Shown one piece after another: positions 13,840-25,727 of a DNA stretch of 64,000 nt. The stretch comes from Felis catus (Eukaryota), in contig NC_058369.1 of assembly GCF_018350175.1 (NCBI RefSeq), positions 22,074,001-22,138,000 of the forward strand. The letters are read 5' to 3'. A program made the translations under genes and the position numbers. Numbering within the stretch: position 1 is the first letter of the stretch; every line of letters begins with the position of its first letter. Under the pieces are notes generated by a model. That model was not told where the DNA came from and did not search any database. It saw nothing but the letters and a program-made list of their open reading frames with translations.

Positions 13840-14270
13840 TAAGGTAAAAAGCATATTCATTGCAGAACGTATAGGAAATGTAAACAAAGGCATGGTAAAA
13901 AATAATATCTTCAAAAAAAATATGGGCTCATTTAAAACAGACTCTTGAAACAGAACACTGTACTGTGAATGCCTTTTGACATGTCGTGTGATCTAGATCT
14001 GTCCTTGCTGGCTGCTTAATTTCATTAAAATGGTTGTTCCATTTAACACATGTTCTGTTTTGGACATCAAGGTGGGCTTCCTCTTTTCACTACCATAAAC
14101 CACATTGCAGCAAATATGTCTGTGGCAAAGTCACCATGTACCTCCACGATTATTTCCTTTGAATCAAATTTTAGATAGGAAACTGCTGTAACAAAGAATA
14201 TACAGATTACATAATTCTTCGGTCTTTGGTAGGAGTTGCAAAGCATTTGCTTTGTTGTTGATTTCTAAAA
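13840..14270 (-). mobile_element. Old L1 (L1ME-like) 3' fragment
   Basis: ttggacat...ttcactaccataaaccacattgcagcaaatat...gattatttcctttg resembles an old L1 3' region in antisense. Confidence 0.5.
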
Positions 14271-14382
14271 GGGAGTAAAAACGGAGAAATTTTGATGTTA
14301 AAGTAATTGAGTGTTCAAGAGCCTGGATTCTCAGGTCAGATACAAGTTGCTTCACATCACCAAGCCTGTTTCCTCACTTATA

Positions 14383-14506
14383 TTTAAAAACAATTTTTTT
14401 AATGTTTGTTTATTCCTGAGAGAGTGAGAGAGGCAGAGCACAAGCAGGGGAGGGGCATGACCTGAGCCGAAGTCAGATGCTTAACCCACTGAGCCACCCA
14501 GTGCCC
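14383..14506 (-). mobile_element. CanSINE with internal deletion, inserted in a MIR
   Basis: Tail and head are joined directly (ggggca|tgacctgagccgaag). TSD ctgtttcctcacttata (14366-82) vs ctgtttcgtcgcttata (14508-24). Confidence 0.9.
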
Positions 14507-15458
14507 TCTGTTTCGTCGCTTATAAAATGGGCATCCTAATATCCTTCAACTGCATGCAAGCATTAATTAAGTCATGTAAGTAAAACACTAGGCTGCAGAT
14601 GAACTCTCTGTGTGGAAGTTCTGGTTTGTTCCTGAACCTCCTCTCGGTCACCAGAACGGCCTGGACTGTTAGCCAGCCTCCTCTCCAGCCCACCCTGGCT
14701 TCCCGGCCGCTACTGTAGACACAGGCAAGCCCACTGCCATCTTGCTGCTCTGTGTCTGTCCTGATTCTGAAAGCCTGCCTTCAGACATTTATATGTTCAG
14801 ACAAACTAATCAGGCTGAAATTTCTCATGCTTATTTGCAGCTAGATGAAGCAATCCATTTAGCTGCTTTGGAATTACCCAGGCATGGCAGAAATTGGTTT
14901 CTCAGCCTTGAGAAATTCTGCAGATACTGAGGTACTGACAGGCACCAGGGCCAGCTTGATGAAATCAGAAACTAAGGGGCCTGTGGTGGCTTTTGGTCAG
15001 GACCTCTGTCCTTAGCGGCACGGGACAATCCACCTGAGATGTAGCATACTTATCAGCATTCTTTTGGTCCTCTTGTATCTGAACGTTATTCCTTCTCTCC
15101 TCCTCTGAGGAGCTCTGAGCTTCTCCCTGAGAAAGCCTTTGCTTCCAGGTTCGTCATTGGTTGATAGAGAGGAGACATTTGCTGGTTCTTTTTCTCCTTT
15201 TGCTGACTGAGGGCCCCAGAGGCCCTTAAATAGTTGCTTTGTGTTAAAACCATTATTTGGGCCAACAGGAGAGCTTGAGCTGAGTTTGGGATTCCAGAGT
15301 GTGTAACACCCCCTTTTGTCAGTCTTCACAGTCCGTGGGATAAGAATACCGCAGGGATACTGGCTTACCAAAAGGGCTGGGCCCAGAGATGTGCAGCTAG
15401 TAAATGGAAGACCTGGGATTTGAATCCTTGCAGAATATAGTTTTATTGTGGGTGCTTT

Positions 15459-15520
15459 GTTAAAAAAGTTTTTAATGTTTGTTTATTTTTTGAGAGAGAG
15501 ACAGAGTGTGAGCAGGAGAG

Positions 15521-15575
<55 letters not shown>

Positions 15576-15703
15576 CATTGAATCTGAAACAGGCTCTGGG
15601 CTCTAGGCTTTGCACTGTCAGCACAGAGCCCGACACGGGGCTTGAACTCACAAACTGTGAGATCATGACCTGAGCCGAAGTTGGACACCTAACTGGCAGG
15701 CGC
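15459..15703 (-). mobile_element. CanSINE with expanded (GA)n microsatellite
   Basis: aatgtttgtttattttttgagag...(GA)n at about 15524-15567...gagatcatgacctgagccgaagttgg...caggcgc. Confidence 0.93.
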
Positions 15704-17779
15704 TTTTAACCACTGCACAGTACCACCTTTCATCAGACACCTATTTATCAGAATGTGTTTTGTATCTGTCTACACCATGGGATTTATCACTCATTCACCA
15801 TTTACACAACTGTTGCATGGGAGCATTCAAAAAAAAAAAAAAAGGATGCGGTCCCTGTTCTTACAGTAGAAGCAACAAAATGGCTATAAATTAGTACATG
15901 AAAATACCTCACCGGTTTGATATATAACTCTAAACCCCAAAATCCCTGAAGAATTTTGTTCTCAGTGATCAAAATCGATGACCCTTCCTTACTACACACC
16001 CCCACTCCAGCCATCACTTAGAATCTGTTCTTTTGTTTCTTGGTGGTCCCAGCACGTGGATTGATCTGCTTTGTGATTCCACAGTACCCTGTAAGTACGT
16101 AAGGAGGGAAACCATCTCTGGCTCACATCGCAGAGTGTTCTTCTGTCTCCCCTTTTAAAGGTCACACCCTCTTGTCATGAATATAAAAACTCCGGCTCGG
16201 CTGCAGAGATCCGGATACAGCCTTCCAGGGTTTGTGCATGCTCACTGCCACTGCCCTATCCTCCTTGAGGATCATTAATGTGCAAAGAGGGCTGTGTTCC
16301 TTCTCCGTACATCCCGTCAGCAAAGGTTTGATCAAGCTTTGCTTCCTGTCCTATGCTAGGGTTTTAAATCTTAGACTATGAAATTCCATTCTAATACTAA
16401 ATATGCTCCTTTCATCTACACTCACTACTGTGAGCCTGTCCACTTTACCAAGATGTGGCCCTCTCTGAGGTGCGCCCCCTGGTTAAGAACCACGGGGTTA
16501 GTAGCAGAGGAGAAGGCAGAAGACTGATTAAAACAAATGCCAGGATTCTAAAAGTCCTGGGATTTTGGAAATCCTGGGATTCTAAAAATAGCTGGCATGA
16601 TTTTGAAGAAGGGAATAGAGAGCCCTGCAAACTTATAGTCACCCCTGCGAATACTGTTCTGTTTCTAGCTCAATCACTGATTTTCCTGACTTCACACAGA
16701 AAGCATGAAATTATGTGGCTAATAATAATGAGGACGATGAAGATGAGGGTAGCTACTATGCAGTGTGTGCTAAGCATTGTGGGAGGAGCTTCTCGCACTC
16801 ATTTAATCCCTATAGTGACCCCCTGTTATAGGTAATTCACCCTTGTTTAAGATCAGAGGGCCCTGGCTCTATCCCAGCCCTCACCTCCCACAGCTGGTAA
16901 TAAGGGTTTTACCCCATATTACCTGAGCTCAAAGCCCTGCCCTCCCAACCATGACACCCTGCTGCAGCTTTCAAAGCACATGCACAGAGTACCGCTACCA
17001 TCCTCTACCCCTGCTGGATCGCAAAGGTTTTACCAGCTGATTTGTACTGTATTGTTTTGGCTGTTGCAAACCCTTCTGGAATGAGGGTTGGGTGTAGTCT
17101 CATTCACTAGATGAGCAGTTTTGTGGTCAGAGTGGATGACTTTTATTGTCAAAGTAGCAGTTAATACAAGGTAATACCAGCCTAGAGTTCCTGTTTAGGT
17201 GGGTGATGCTTGGAGCCTGGTGTAAGAGCTGAGGCGGAATTCTGAGTCTTACCTGTCATTAAGGGGCTTTGTGACTTGGAGAAGCCCCCTTGCCATCCAT
17301 CACTAATTGGTCATGGTTCCCTTTCCTTCCCTTTTCCTTCTTTCCTCTCTTGCTTTTTTTTGGAGCTAAGCCTCACAACGTTACCAGTTAATCAGAGCTG
17401 AAATGTAAGCCAGAGCCTGTTTTCTGTTTCTTGACTTTGATGGTCCCTATAGTTCCTTCCATTCCTGGAACTCATCTGATGTCAGACTGGTGCAGCTTTC
17501 ACAAGCTTTTTCTCCCTAGCTGACCCACTTGTCCCTCTCAGACAGTGAGGTGCAGCTGAGGCACGGGTGAGATCCTAGAGCCCTGAAGGTGGGGAGGACT
17601 GAAGGGGAGGCACAGACTTATACACAATGGAACTGTGCTCCGTACCATGATTTTGCACCTGGGGTTTTCTGAGAGGCCAGAGCTGCCATGTGGAGCAGAC
17701 GTACTCTCACCTGAAAACTTGTTCCAGTGCCCCCTCCTTACAGTGGAACTAAAGCTTATGCTTGCTCTGAAGGGCAGTA

Positions 17780-18020
17780 GAACAGAGTGATTGGCAGCTT
17801 TCGCGGTGGTTATAACGCTGCTGGGGTTTGAATTCCAGCTCTGATATTAACCGTAAGACCTTGGATGGCTTCCTTAGCCTCTCTGTGCCTCCGGTTCCTC
17901 ATCTGTAAAACCAGAGGCAATAACAGACCCACCCCACGGGGCTCCCAGGAGCCTTGGATGACTTTCTCCATTTAAAGTTCTCAGAACAGCCCCTGGGGCA
18001 TAGTATGTGCTAGTTGACAT
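17780..18020 (+). mobile_element. MIR SINE
   Basis: gggtttgaattccagctctg...gaccttgg...cctctctgtgcctccggttcctcatctgtaaaa. Confidence 0.8.
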
Positions 18021-18225
18021 GTTGTTGCATCGTTTAATTCTCTAAATCAAATGAAAATGCTCCATAAATTGCAAAATACCATTCAAATCCTCTTAGCGAC
18101 AAAAGGTGAAGAAATGGGACGGTGTCGCCTAAGCTATAGCTGGTAATCCCAACTCATGCAGTAGCAATAAAATTGGCCAGTCGGAGATGATGGAGAGCCC
18201 ACAGACATGAACAAGCTCCTCAGAG

Positions 18226-18424
18226 CAGTGATGCCCTAACTTAGCCATGTATTAACATCCCCGGGGAACTCAAAATACACAGCCCGTGGTTTTTTCCAGA
18301 CCAGTGGAATCAGGACTATGCAGGGCATGGGGAAAGGTGGACCCAGGAAGTTGTGATTTTACAAAAAGCTCTCCAGGTGCATTCTGGTGCAGCTGGTCTA
18401 TGGACCAGTGTTTAGGAACTCCTG
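18226..18424. mobile_element. MER5-like hAT-Charlie MITE
   Basis: cagtg... start, internal gaatcag and aagctctccaggtgcattctggtgcagc, end tttaggaactcctg. Confidence 0.7.
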
Positions 18425-21249
18425 GCATGGATGGTCTAATGGAATTCGTTGGTTATATTTAACAGGTTACAGGATTTAGCAGAGGGTCTGACAGCAGGTG
18501 TCTACCATTAAATACGTTTTCATTAGGTAACATGGGAGAGGCGACACAGGTTTGTCTGAAAGAAATTCTCGACCTCTAAAGACACCTGAAGCCTGGGGCT
18601 GAGAGTCTGGCTCTGTTTCTTTTCAAAGTCGGTTTTTACTGGCTGACTGGTCCCCTTGCCATGGGGTAAAGTGACAGAGGAGACTGCTAACTGGGTGAGG
18701 AGTGGGGATGAATGTAATTGAAAAGGGATTTGGAGGCAGGCAGTTTTGGATCCTGGTATGTAGTAGGGACACCAGGCTCCCGCGTCTGAATGCGAACATG
18801 GAATCACTCTGTGGGATTTTGCAAAAGTGGAAGCTGCAGGTGAAGGGAGTGGTGCAGGAGATTTAGTGAGCAGGCACTTGGGCAACTGGCCAGCAGATGG
18901 GGAACAGAGCTTAAAAAGAGTCATGGCAGACTCCTTAGTCCAGAAGCAGGGAACAAACTGGGGGACATGTGCTAAATAGAAAGAGGGACCAGCATACTAT
19001 TGAAGAGAAAGAAGAAGATTACACATGGAGGGCTTTTTGAAAGTCACTGAACACTTCCTCACCCCCCCCCCACACACACCCACACACATACTCTGTACTT
19101 ATTGTAGCTAAAATGTCTTTAAAAGCCTTTTAGGAAATCCTAAAAGTTAAGTGAGATGCCCGGATGGGCCAGTGATAGTCTTTGGATCAGTGTCTGGCAG
19201 CCAGTCTGGTTATGTTGGTCTTGGCTACAAGTAGGGATAAATAGCCTTGCTTTGCAGAGCTGCTACAGAGATGGATGGAATGGTAGCTATGAATGGTGGC
19301 TTCATCATTGTAAAGTACCATTCACCCATACGGAAACATCATCTATGATATGTACATAGCATGGCCCTTGGTACTGGCAGGAGAGAGCAAGCTCTACTTC
19401 TGGATGGAGATGGGGATATTCGCTACCAGGAGGTAGAGCCTCAGATCTAAAGATCTAGAAACATTCACCATCATGTACTTCATGGTCTAAAACATAGGAG
19501 TTTGGACTTTCCTAAGATCTCTTGCAGGGCAAAGTATGGAGCTCACTCCTGGTGGTTACAGCTGTAATGGTATGTCTACTGGTTTCTCACTGTGGGCTAT
19601 AGCTGTTAGGTTGCTGGTTATGCCCAGTTGCCAAGCTCTGCTGTGACTCTGTTCCTTTCTCTCCTATGCTATTGCTATACATAAGCAAGATTGACATCGT
19701 TGAAGAGGTAACTCTGAATCCACCTGATTGAAAGAGAACCCAAAACATAATAGATGATTTGGATTTTGATACTATGTTGTTAGCAATAAATGACATATGA
19801 TACCCCACATAGTGGTTGTCAAGGTAAGAACCACAACTTCAGGTAGGGAGTTCCTTCCAGACATCAATAGCTACCATGTACTTGAGACCACCATGGAGGG
19901 CTCCCATGTATCTGGCACTGTGGGAGTTCTTGGGGAGACAGAGTGGATATCACTTTCTGATCCTCAAAGTGCTTCAGTCTTTCCAGGAACACAGTAAATG
20001 ATCTTGTTCCCAAATGAATGGTGGGCTCCTAGGTTCTATAGAATTTGTTCAGAGAGAGAAGGGATTCAAATTAATTTAAGTCATCTAATTGATCAAGACA
20101 CTAAAGGATAGGGAGCTAGCTAGCTGGCTGTTGATAATGCAAATTAGAATAATAACTTCCATGTAGAGCATCTGGCATTTTTAACATTTTCTACATGGAT
20201 CATGAACTCAGATGCCTTCAGGGGCCAGGCAGGTAACAAAATTTGGGGAAGCAAACAAAATTTGGGGGAGGATTGTGACACCTTGAAACATGACAGCCCA
20301 GAGTTTAGGACAGAAGCATAGCACGCTGCTTCTGATTTTCAAAGAAAGTTTACAAATATCCTATTTAATGTTCACAGCATCTTATGAGGCAGGACTATTC
20401 TCATTTTCCAAAGATAAGAAAAACGTTGATGACAATGAAAGGCAGAGATAGGTGTGGTATGGAGTCTGCAGTGTCTATCTCCAGAGCTGTGTGGTATTTC
20501 CCCTGGAGGCTTACCCCCCCCCCCCCCACCCCGGGACCAAGCCATTGTAGAAGAAGGTATTGTACTCTTCTAAACGGTCCCCCTCTCCCCAGAGCTGCCC
20601 CAATCATTCTCTGAGCATGGCTCTGGGGAGATGGCTCCTGGGCCTGTTTGTTTCTACTCTTTCCCTGTTTCTTAAATGGACCCAGGAGGAAAAGGCTGGG
20701 AGACAGCAGCAAGGCTACACAGAAGTCAGAGAAAGCCATCAACCAAGTCAGTGTTCAGGTCCTTTTGGACCTAATAACAGCCCCTAGTGCTGAAATCAGC
20801 TTTGCTACCACATCTAATTGGCTGATTTGAGATTTCCCAACTGTCTCTTTTTACCCATCTTTGTTATTTTTCACTAAAAGAAAAAGTAAAAGAAATAGAG
20901 AGGTCAATCTGGGGTTATTTGAACCCAAAGTGAAGAATCCCCTGCACCAGGGCTAGGATCCCCTGAAAGAGGGAAGAGCTGTCAGTTACAATTATTGTGA
21001 GCAGTCTCTCTGGCTCCCGAGACCTTTGGTTACAGCTACCGTGACAGCATGAATTACCTTCAGTTGTGAAGTACATTTAACAGCATTATTGCCCACACAC
21101 TCTGGTGGCAGACAGGAGGGAAGACTCGGGAATGACAGATGCCTGGAGTCTGGGTGTGGGGCACAGCATCAGGCCAGGGACCATGGACTTTCTGTGCCAT
21201 CACCAGAGCTTACGTATGGTTTGGGGTTTGGTTTCCACAAGTGCTTGAG

Positions 21250-21791
21250 GAAGGAACAGTCACCTACCTTATTTAGGTCTCATTTACATACAATAAAATG
21301 TATACCTTAAAGTATACAGATTGAGTCTTGATAAATGTCTACACTTCTCTAACCACCACCCCAGTGAAGATGTAAACCATTTCTGTTACTGCACAAAGAT
21401 CCCTATACCCTCTCTTGTCATCAGTCCCCACCCCTAATTCTTGACCCAAAGCAGACACTGATCTGCTTTTTACTATTATAGATTAGATTTGTCTTTCCTA
21501 GAGTTTCATAGAAATTACTCTTGTATGTGTATCAAAGTTTTGTCCTTTTTATTGCTGGGTGACTGACATTCCATTGTGAGGATACACCACAATTTGTTTA
21601 TCCACTTACCTGCTGTTGGACATTTGGGTCCAAACATTGAAACATTGTTTTGGCTATTACAAATAAATAGCCAACTTTTGGCTATTACAAATAAAGCTGC
21701 TGTGACTATTTTTATACTAGCCTTTGTGTGGACATAAATTTGTATTACTCTCAGGAAAAATAGCAAAGACTGGCATTGCTGGATCATATGG
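21250..21791 (-). mobile_element. Old L1 (L1M type) 3' end, antisense
   Basis: cattccattgtgaggatacaccacaatttgtttatccac...ggacatttggg...attgctggatcatatgg is typical antisense L1 ORF2-end/3'UTR sequence. Confidence 0.85.
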
Positions 21792-22394
21792 TATGGCAGG
21801 CAGGAATTTGGCCCCCATAATTTTTCCCCCCTCGTGGTGCACTTGTGAATGCTACCTTATGTGGCAGAAGGGACTTTGCAGACAAAATTAAAGGGGCTCA
21901 TCAGTGGACTTTAAGATAGGGAGATTATCCTGGGCCAAATGGATGGACCCAGTATGATCCCATGGAAGCATCAGAATAGGAAGGCAGAGAGGCAAGTAGA
22001 GCTCTTTAGGAGGAGAGGTCAAAGAGTGGGAACCACCCAGCCGCCATTGCTGACATTGAACGTAGAGAAAGGAGGCCATGAGCCAGATGATGCAGACAGC
22101 TTTTAGGAGATGGGAGTGACCCCTGACTGACAGCCATCAAGGAAAGGGGGACCTCCATCTTGTAGCTGTGTATAGCTGAATGCCATCAACAACCCAAATT
22201 GAATGAGTCTGGAAGCAAATCCTCAATAAGAACCCAGGCTGGCTAACACTCTGATTTTTGGCATTAAGGGACCCAGAGCAGAGAAACCAGCCATACTTAC
22301 GGACTTTCTGACATGGCAGAAGTGAGATAATCTGTGTTGTTTTAAGCCACTAAGTTTGTGTAATTTCTTACATCAGCAACAGAAAACTAGTGTA
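21792..22394 (+). mobile_element. MaLR solo LTR (MLT1D/E-like) inserted in L1
   Basis: aagggactttgcaga...ggactttaagatagggagattatcctgg...tgtgttgttttaagccactaagtttgtgtaattt...agaaaactag; 5-bp TSD tatgg (21787-91) vs tatgc (22395-99); the L1 resumes afterwards. Confidence 0.88.
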
Positions 22395-23320
22395 TATGCT
22401 AAGTGTATGTTTATAAGAAACTGTCAAACCCTTCCAAATGGGTTATACAATTTTATATCCCCATCAGCAATAATTGTGAGTTGTAGCTGCTCCATATCCT
22501 TGACAACACTTGTTATTGTCAGGGTGTCTTTCATCGTAGCCTTTCAGATGGGAGTGTAGTCATATATCATTATGGCTTTAATTTCTATTTCATTTGTAGA
22601 TTATCTGTTGTGATGTTCATATCTTCTGTGCATTCTTTATCCAGCTGTTATCTTACTGAGTTGTGAGAGCTTTTCATATATTCTGTATTTAAGTTCTTAG
22701 AGAAAAAAAAGTTCCTAGATATGTCTTGTGACTATTGGTTCATAGTTTGTGGCTTGCTTTTTCATGTCCTTAATGGTGTCTCTGGAAGGACATTTTTTAT
22801 TTTGTTGAGGTCAGTTGCATTTTTTCTTTGGTTCATTCCTTCTAAGTCCTAAGAAAAATTTTACTTACCCATGATGTAAACATTTTTCTCCCACTTCTTC
22901 TAGAAGTTTTTAGTTTTAACTTTTACAAATGTCTATGATCTGTTTTGAGGTAAGAGTTGAAGTTCACTTTTTTACATGAAGATCGAGCTCAGTGCCATTT
23001 GTTGAGAAAGGTGTTCTTTCCCTGTTTAATTCCCTTGGCCCCTTTGTCAAATCAGTTGACTGTATATACGTGGGCTTATGTCCAGACTTTTTATTTTCCA
23101 CCGATAGGTCTATCCTTCTGCAAATACTGCTCTGTCCTGATTACTGTAGCTTTATATAAGGTCTGGAAAACAGGTAGTGTCAATTATCCAGCTTTCTACC
23201 AGGTCTTGTGTATTTCTATCCAGATTTAGTAATCAGCTCATTAACTTCTACAAAAAGCCTTGTTGGGATTTTGATCAGGACTGCATTGAATCTGTATATC
23301 AATGTAGGGAGAATTGAGGT
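22395..23320 (-). mobile_element. Continuation of the antisense L1 (ORF2 C-terminal region)
   Basis: aagtgtatgtttataagaaactgtcaaacc...gattactgtagctttata...gggattttgatcaggactgcattgaatctgtatatcaatgtagggagaattga. Confidence 0.85.
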
Positions 23321-23324
23321 GGGA

Positions 23325-23970
23325 ACAGAAAAAGATTACAGAAACTAATGGTTGAAAACTTTGGAAATTTGACAATAACCCACATATCCAAGAAGCTCTG
23401 TGAATCCAAAGGTAGGAAAAGCTCACATTATAATCAATGCCCAAAAATTTCCATAAAGAGAAAATCGTAAAAATACCTATCATGTAAACAAATTCAGAGA
23501 AAATTTCTTATCAGAAACAACGCAAGCCAAAGATAATGCAGTAACACCTTTAAAGTGTTACAAACTGTCAATCTAGAATTCTATATCCAGTGAAAATGTC
23601 TTCCCAAGTGATGGTAAAATAGATTATCAGACAAACAAAAAGGGAAGTCTTCATATGGGAGGAAAATGACATCAAGTGGAAACTTGGATCCACACAAAGG
23701 AATGAAGAGTCCTGGAAATGGTAAATATGTATTAAATATAAAAGACCTTTTACCTAGGAAAGATCTATAAAGTAAGTATAGCTGATATGGCAGGAGTAGG
23801 GATAAAGTAGAATGGTAGAGAATATTCAGTTGTACCAAAAAAGGGAAGAAAATAAAAGGGAGAAGGAATAGATAATATATAGAAAAACAGAAAATAGTAA
23901 GAAGACTTCAAATGAAAACCAGAACATATAAATGGTCCACACGCTTAAGTTAAAGGACAGCTGGATTGGG
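23325..23970 (+). mobile_element. Degenerate L1 ORF1/inter-ORF fragment, sense
   Basis: cacatatccaagaagctc...tcagaaacaacgcaagcca...tgtcaatctagaattctatatccagtgaaaatgtcttc. Confidence 0.8.
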
Positions 23971-24379
23971 AGTGCATTTGGACTTGAGAGGCTGTCCGTC
24001 TGTCACTGGCACAGCCCACTCTTTTGGCTGTTCACCTTCTGACCAGTGTGCAGCCTTATCACACTTGAACGCCTGCACAATATAAGAATTGCTTCTATGG
24101 AGGAAGATAACTTTGCTCCAGGTGAAGAAATTCTCCCCCATTTGCCTAAATGAGGAAACACAGTCCCAGGAGGCATAGCATTCTTCTCTGGCTATGTTAA
24201 TTACTCCCTACAATCCTACCAAATATTGTCACGCAAAGACTACATTGTACTACAGGTTAATTTGCAAAAACTTGTACGTAAAGTCCAAATGGAAAGGAGA
24301 AAGAAGAAAATGATTAACATAATACAAATAAAAATACACATATGACAGGCAAATAGAAAATATGCAAAACTGCTATAGT

Positions 24380-25000
24380 CCACATTTCATTTCTAAAATT
24401 AGTCGTGTGACCACAATTGCCCTGTTTGCAGCCACAATTTCAGCTGGTTGGGATTTTTTTTTACCTGGTGGAGTGACCTTAACCTACCTTCCTGAAGGTC
24501 TGAGTCCTCATTTTCCTGCCCGGTTTTGATTACTGGAGTTTCCTATTAATCTTTATTGTAGAGCATGGAAGAACTAAGAAGTGCCCCAGAAAACCATCTG
24601 GTTTCCAGACTGCTTCCTTGGCATCCATTGTATAAAAGCAACCTAGTTTCCCCTTGCTAACCAGAATCAGCTTCTACAGTCAATAGATTAACATCCTCCC
24701 CCACTTTGTTCTCCTTGTTGGTCCAGTGGCATGAGGGGACTAAACTGTCCAGGTGGTTATCTCATGTTCAGATCCTGTGAAACCATGGTTGTGTACCTTG
24801 TGGAACCAGTCCTCTCTTGGGGGACTAGGGTCTCCACACCAGCAGATCCAAGTTGCTGAGATGAGAATCAGACACTCTGCGAGTTGGTTATTAGATGTAA
24901 TGGTAAGGGGAGCCTCCTTCACTTCCACCCCTTAAATTCCAGATCCCTGCATTCTGGCTATTGGAGAGATTGTGCCATGTGTCAGGTTCTGATTCTGAGC
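24380..25000 (-). mobile_element. Ancient ERV-L-type internal fragment (3' of pol, dUTPase-like region), degenerate
   Basis: The reverse complement reads cctggacagtttagtcccctcatgccactggaccaacaagg...caaggggaaactaggttgcttttatacaatgg...cttagttcttccatgc...ggactcagaccttcaggaa...ggtcactccaccagg, resembling ERV-L internal consensus as remembered. Confidence 0.72.
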
Positions 25001-25639
25001 ACATGATGCCTCCTGTAAAAGAGAATCCCAGCCTTTCAGGGTATTCTGTTCCGCCTGGTACCATAACTGAGTCATTAGGAAGCCATCCCATCTTTCAGTT
25101 GGCCAGCCATCTCCAGGCAACAGGCCACTCATGGACTACTCTTCTTGACCCTGGATTGACACCAGGGTTCCTACGGTTTCTAGGTTTCTGTTACAGCTGG
25201 CTTATTGATGCTCACATTTGTGTAAGTAGTTTGCTTTCTTCCATGAGTGGATGTGCAGCCTTAGGTAAATCCTCCCCTCTCTCTGGATCTTTGAATCTCC
25301 ATCCGAAGAGCGGGAGGTTTGGACATGATCCTCCTTTTCAAACCTTGCACTTCTAATGTGTTTTTCTCTGGTGACCTTGCTGTGAGGGTTGCTGTGAGGT
25401 CAGTAGGGACAGTGTGGGTAAGAGTGAACTGTTAACATGCATCCACCACCAAGGCATGATGCGTTCTCATTGTTGTCAGTATCCACGTCCAGACCTTGAC
25501 TTCCATCTGTCTGGAGCTGAAGAAAGGGCATTGCCTTCCACTATCATGTCCTATCTCTACCTGAGGACTCTAGGATCAGTGCTCATATTTGTGGACATGG
25601 ACTGGGACCTACTGGTGGCACTGAGGGAGGGACAACCTT

Positions 25640-25727
25640 GTGGAGAGAAAGTCAGAACAGGAAGGGGTGGAGTCTGAGGGCAGTCTCGTGGGGAGAAGGT
25701 CAGAACAGGAAGGGGCGGAATTTGAGG
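25640..25727. repeat. Imperfect direct repeat, two 40-bp copies with period 48
   Basis: 25640-79 vs 25688-727; 35 of 40 positions identical. Confidence 0.9.

Noticed and set aside
19680..19800. Protein-like frame ISKIDIVEEVTLNPPD*KRTQNIIDDLDFDTMLLAINDI as a pseudogene fragment
   Set aside because: No recognisable homolog, poly(A) tail or TSD; it cannot be supported without a search.
20200..20370. Possible old hAT-type DNA transposon fragment
   Set aside because: The similarity is too faint to name a family or set boundaries from memory.
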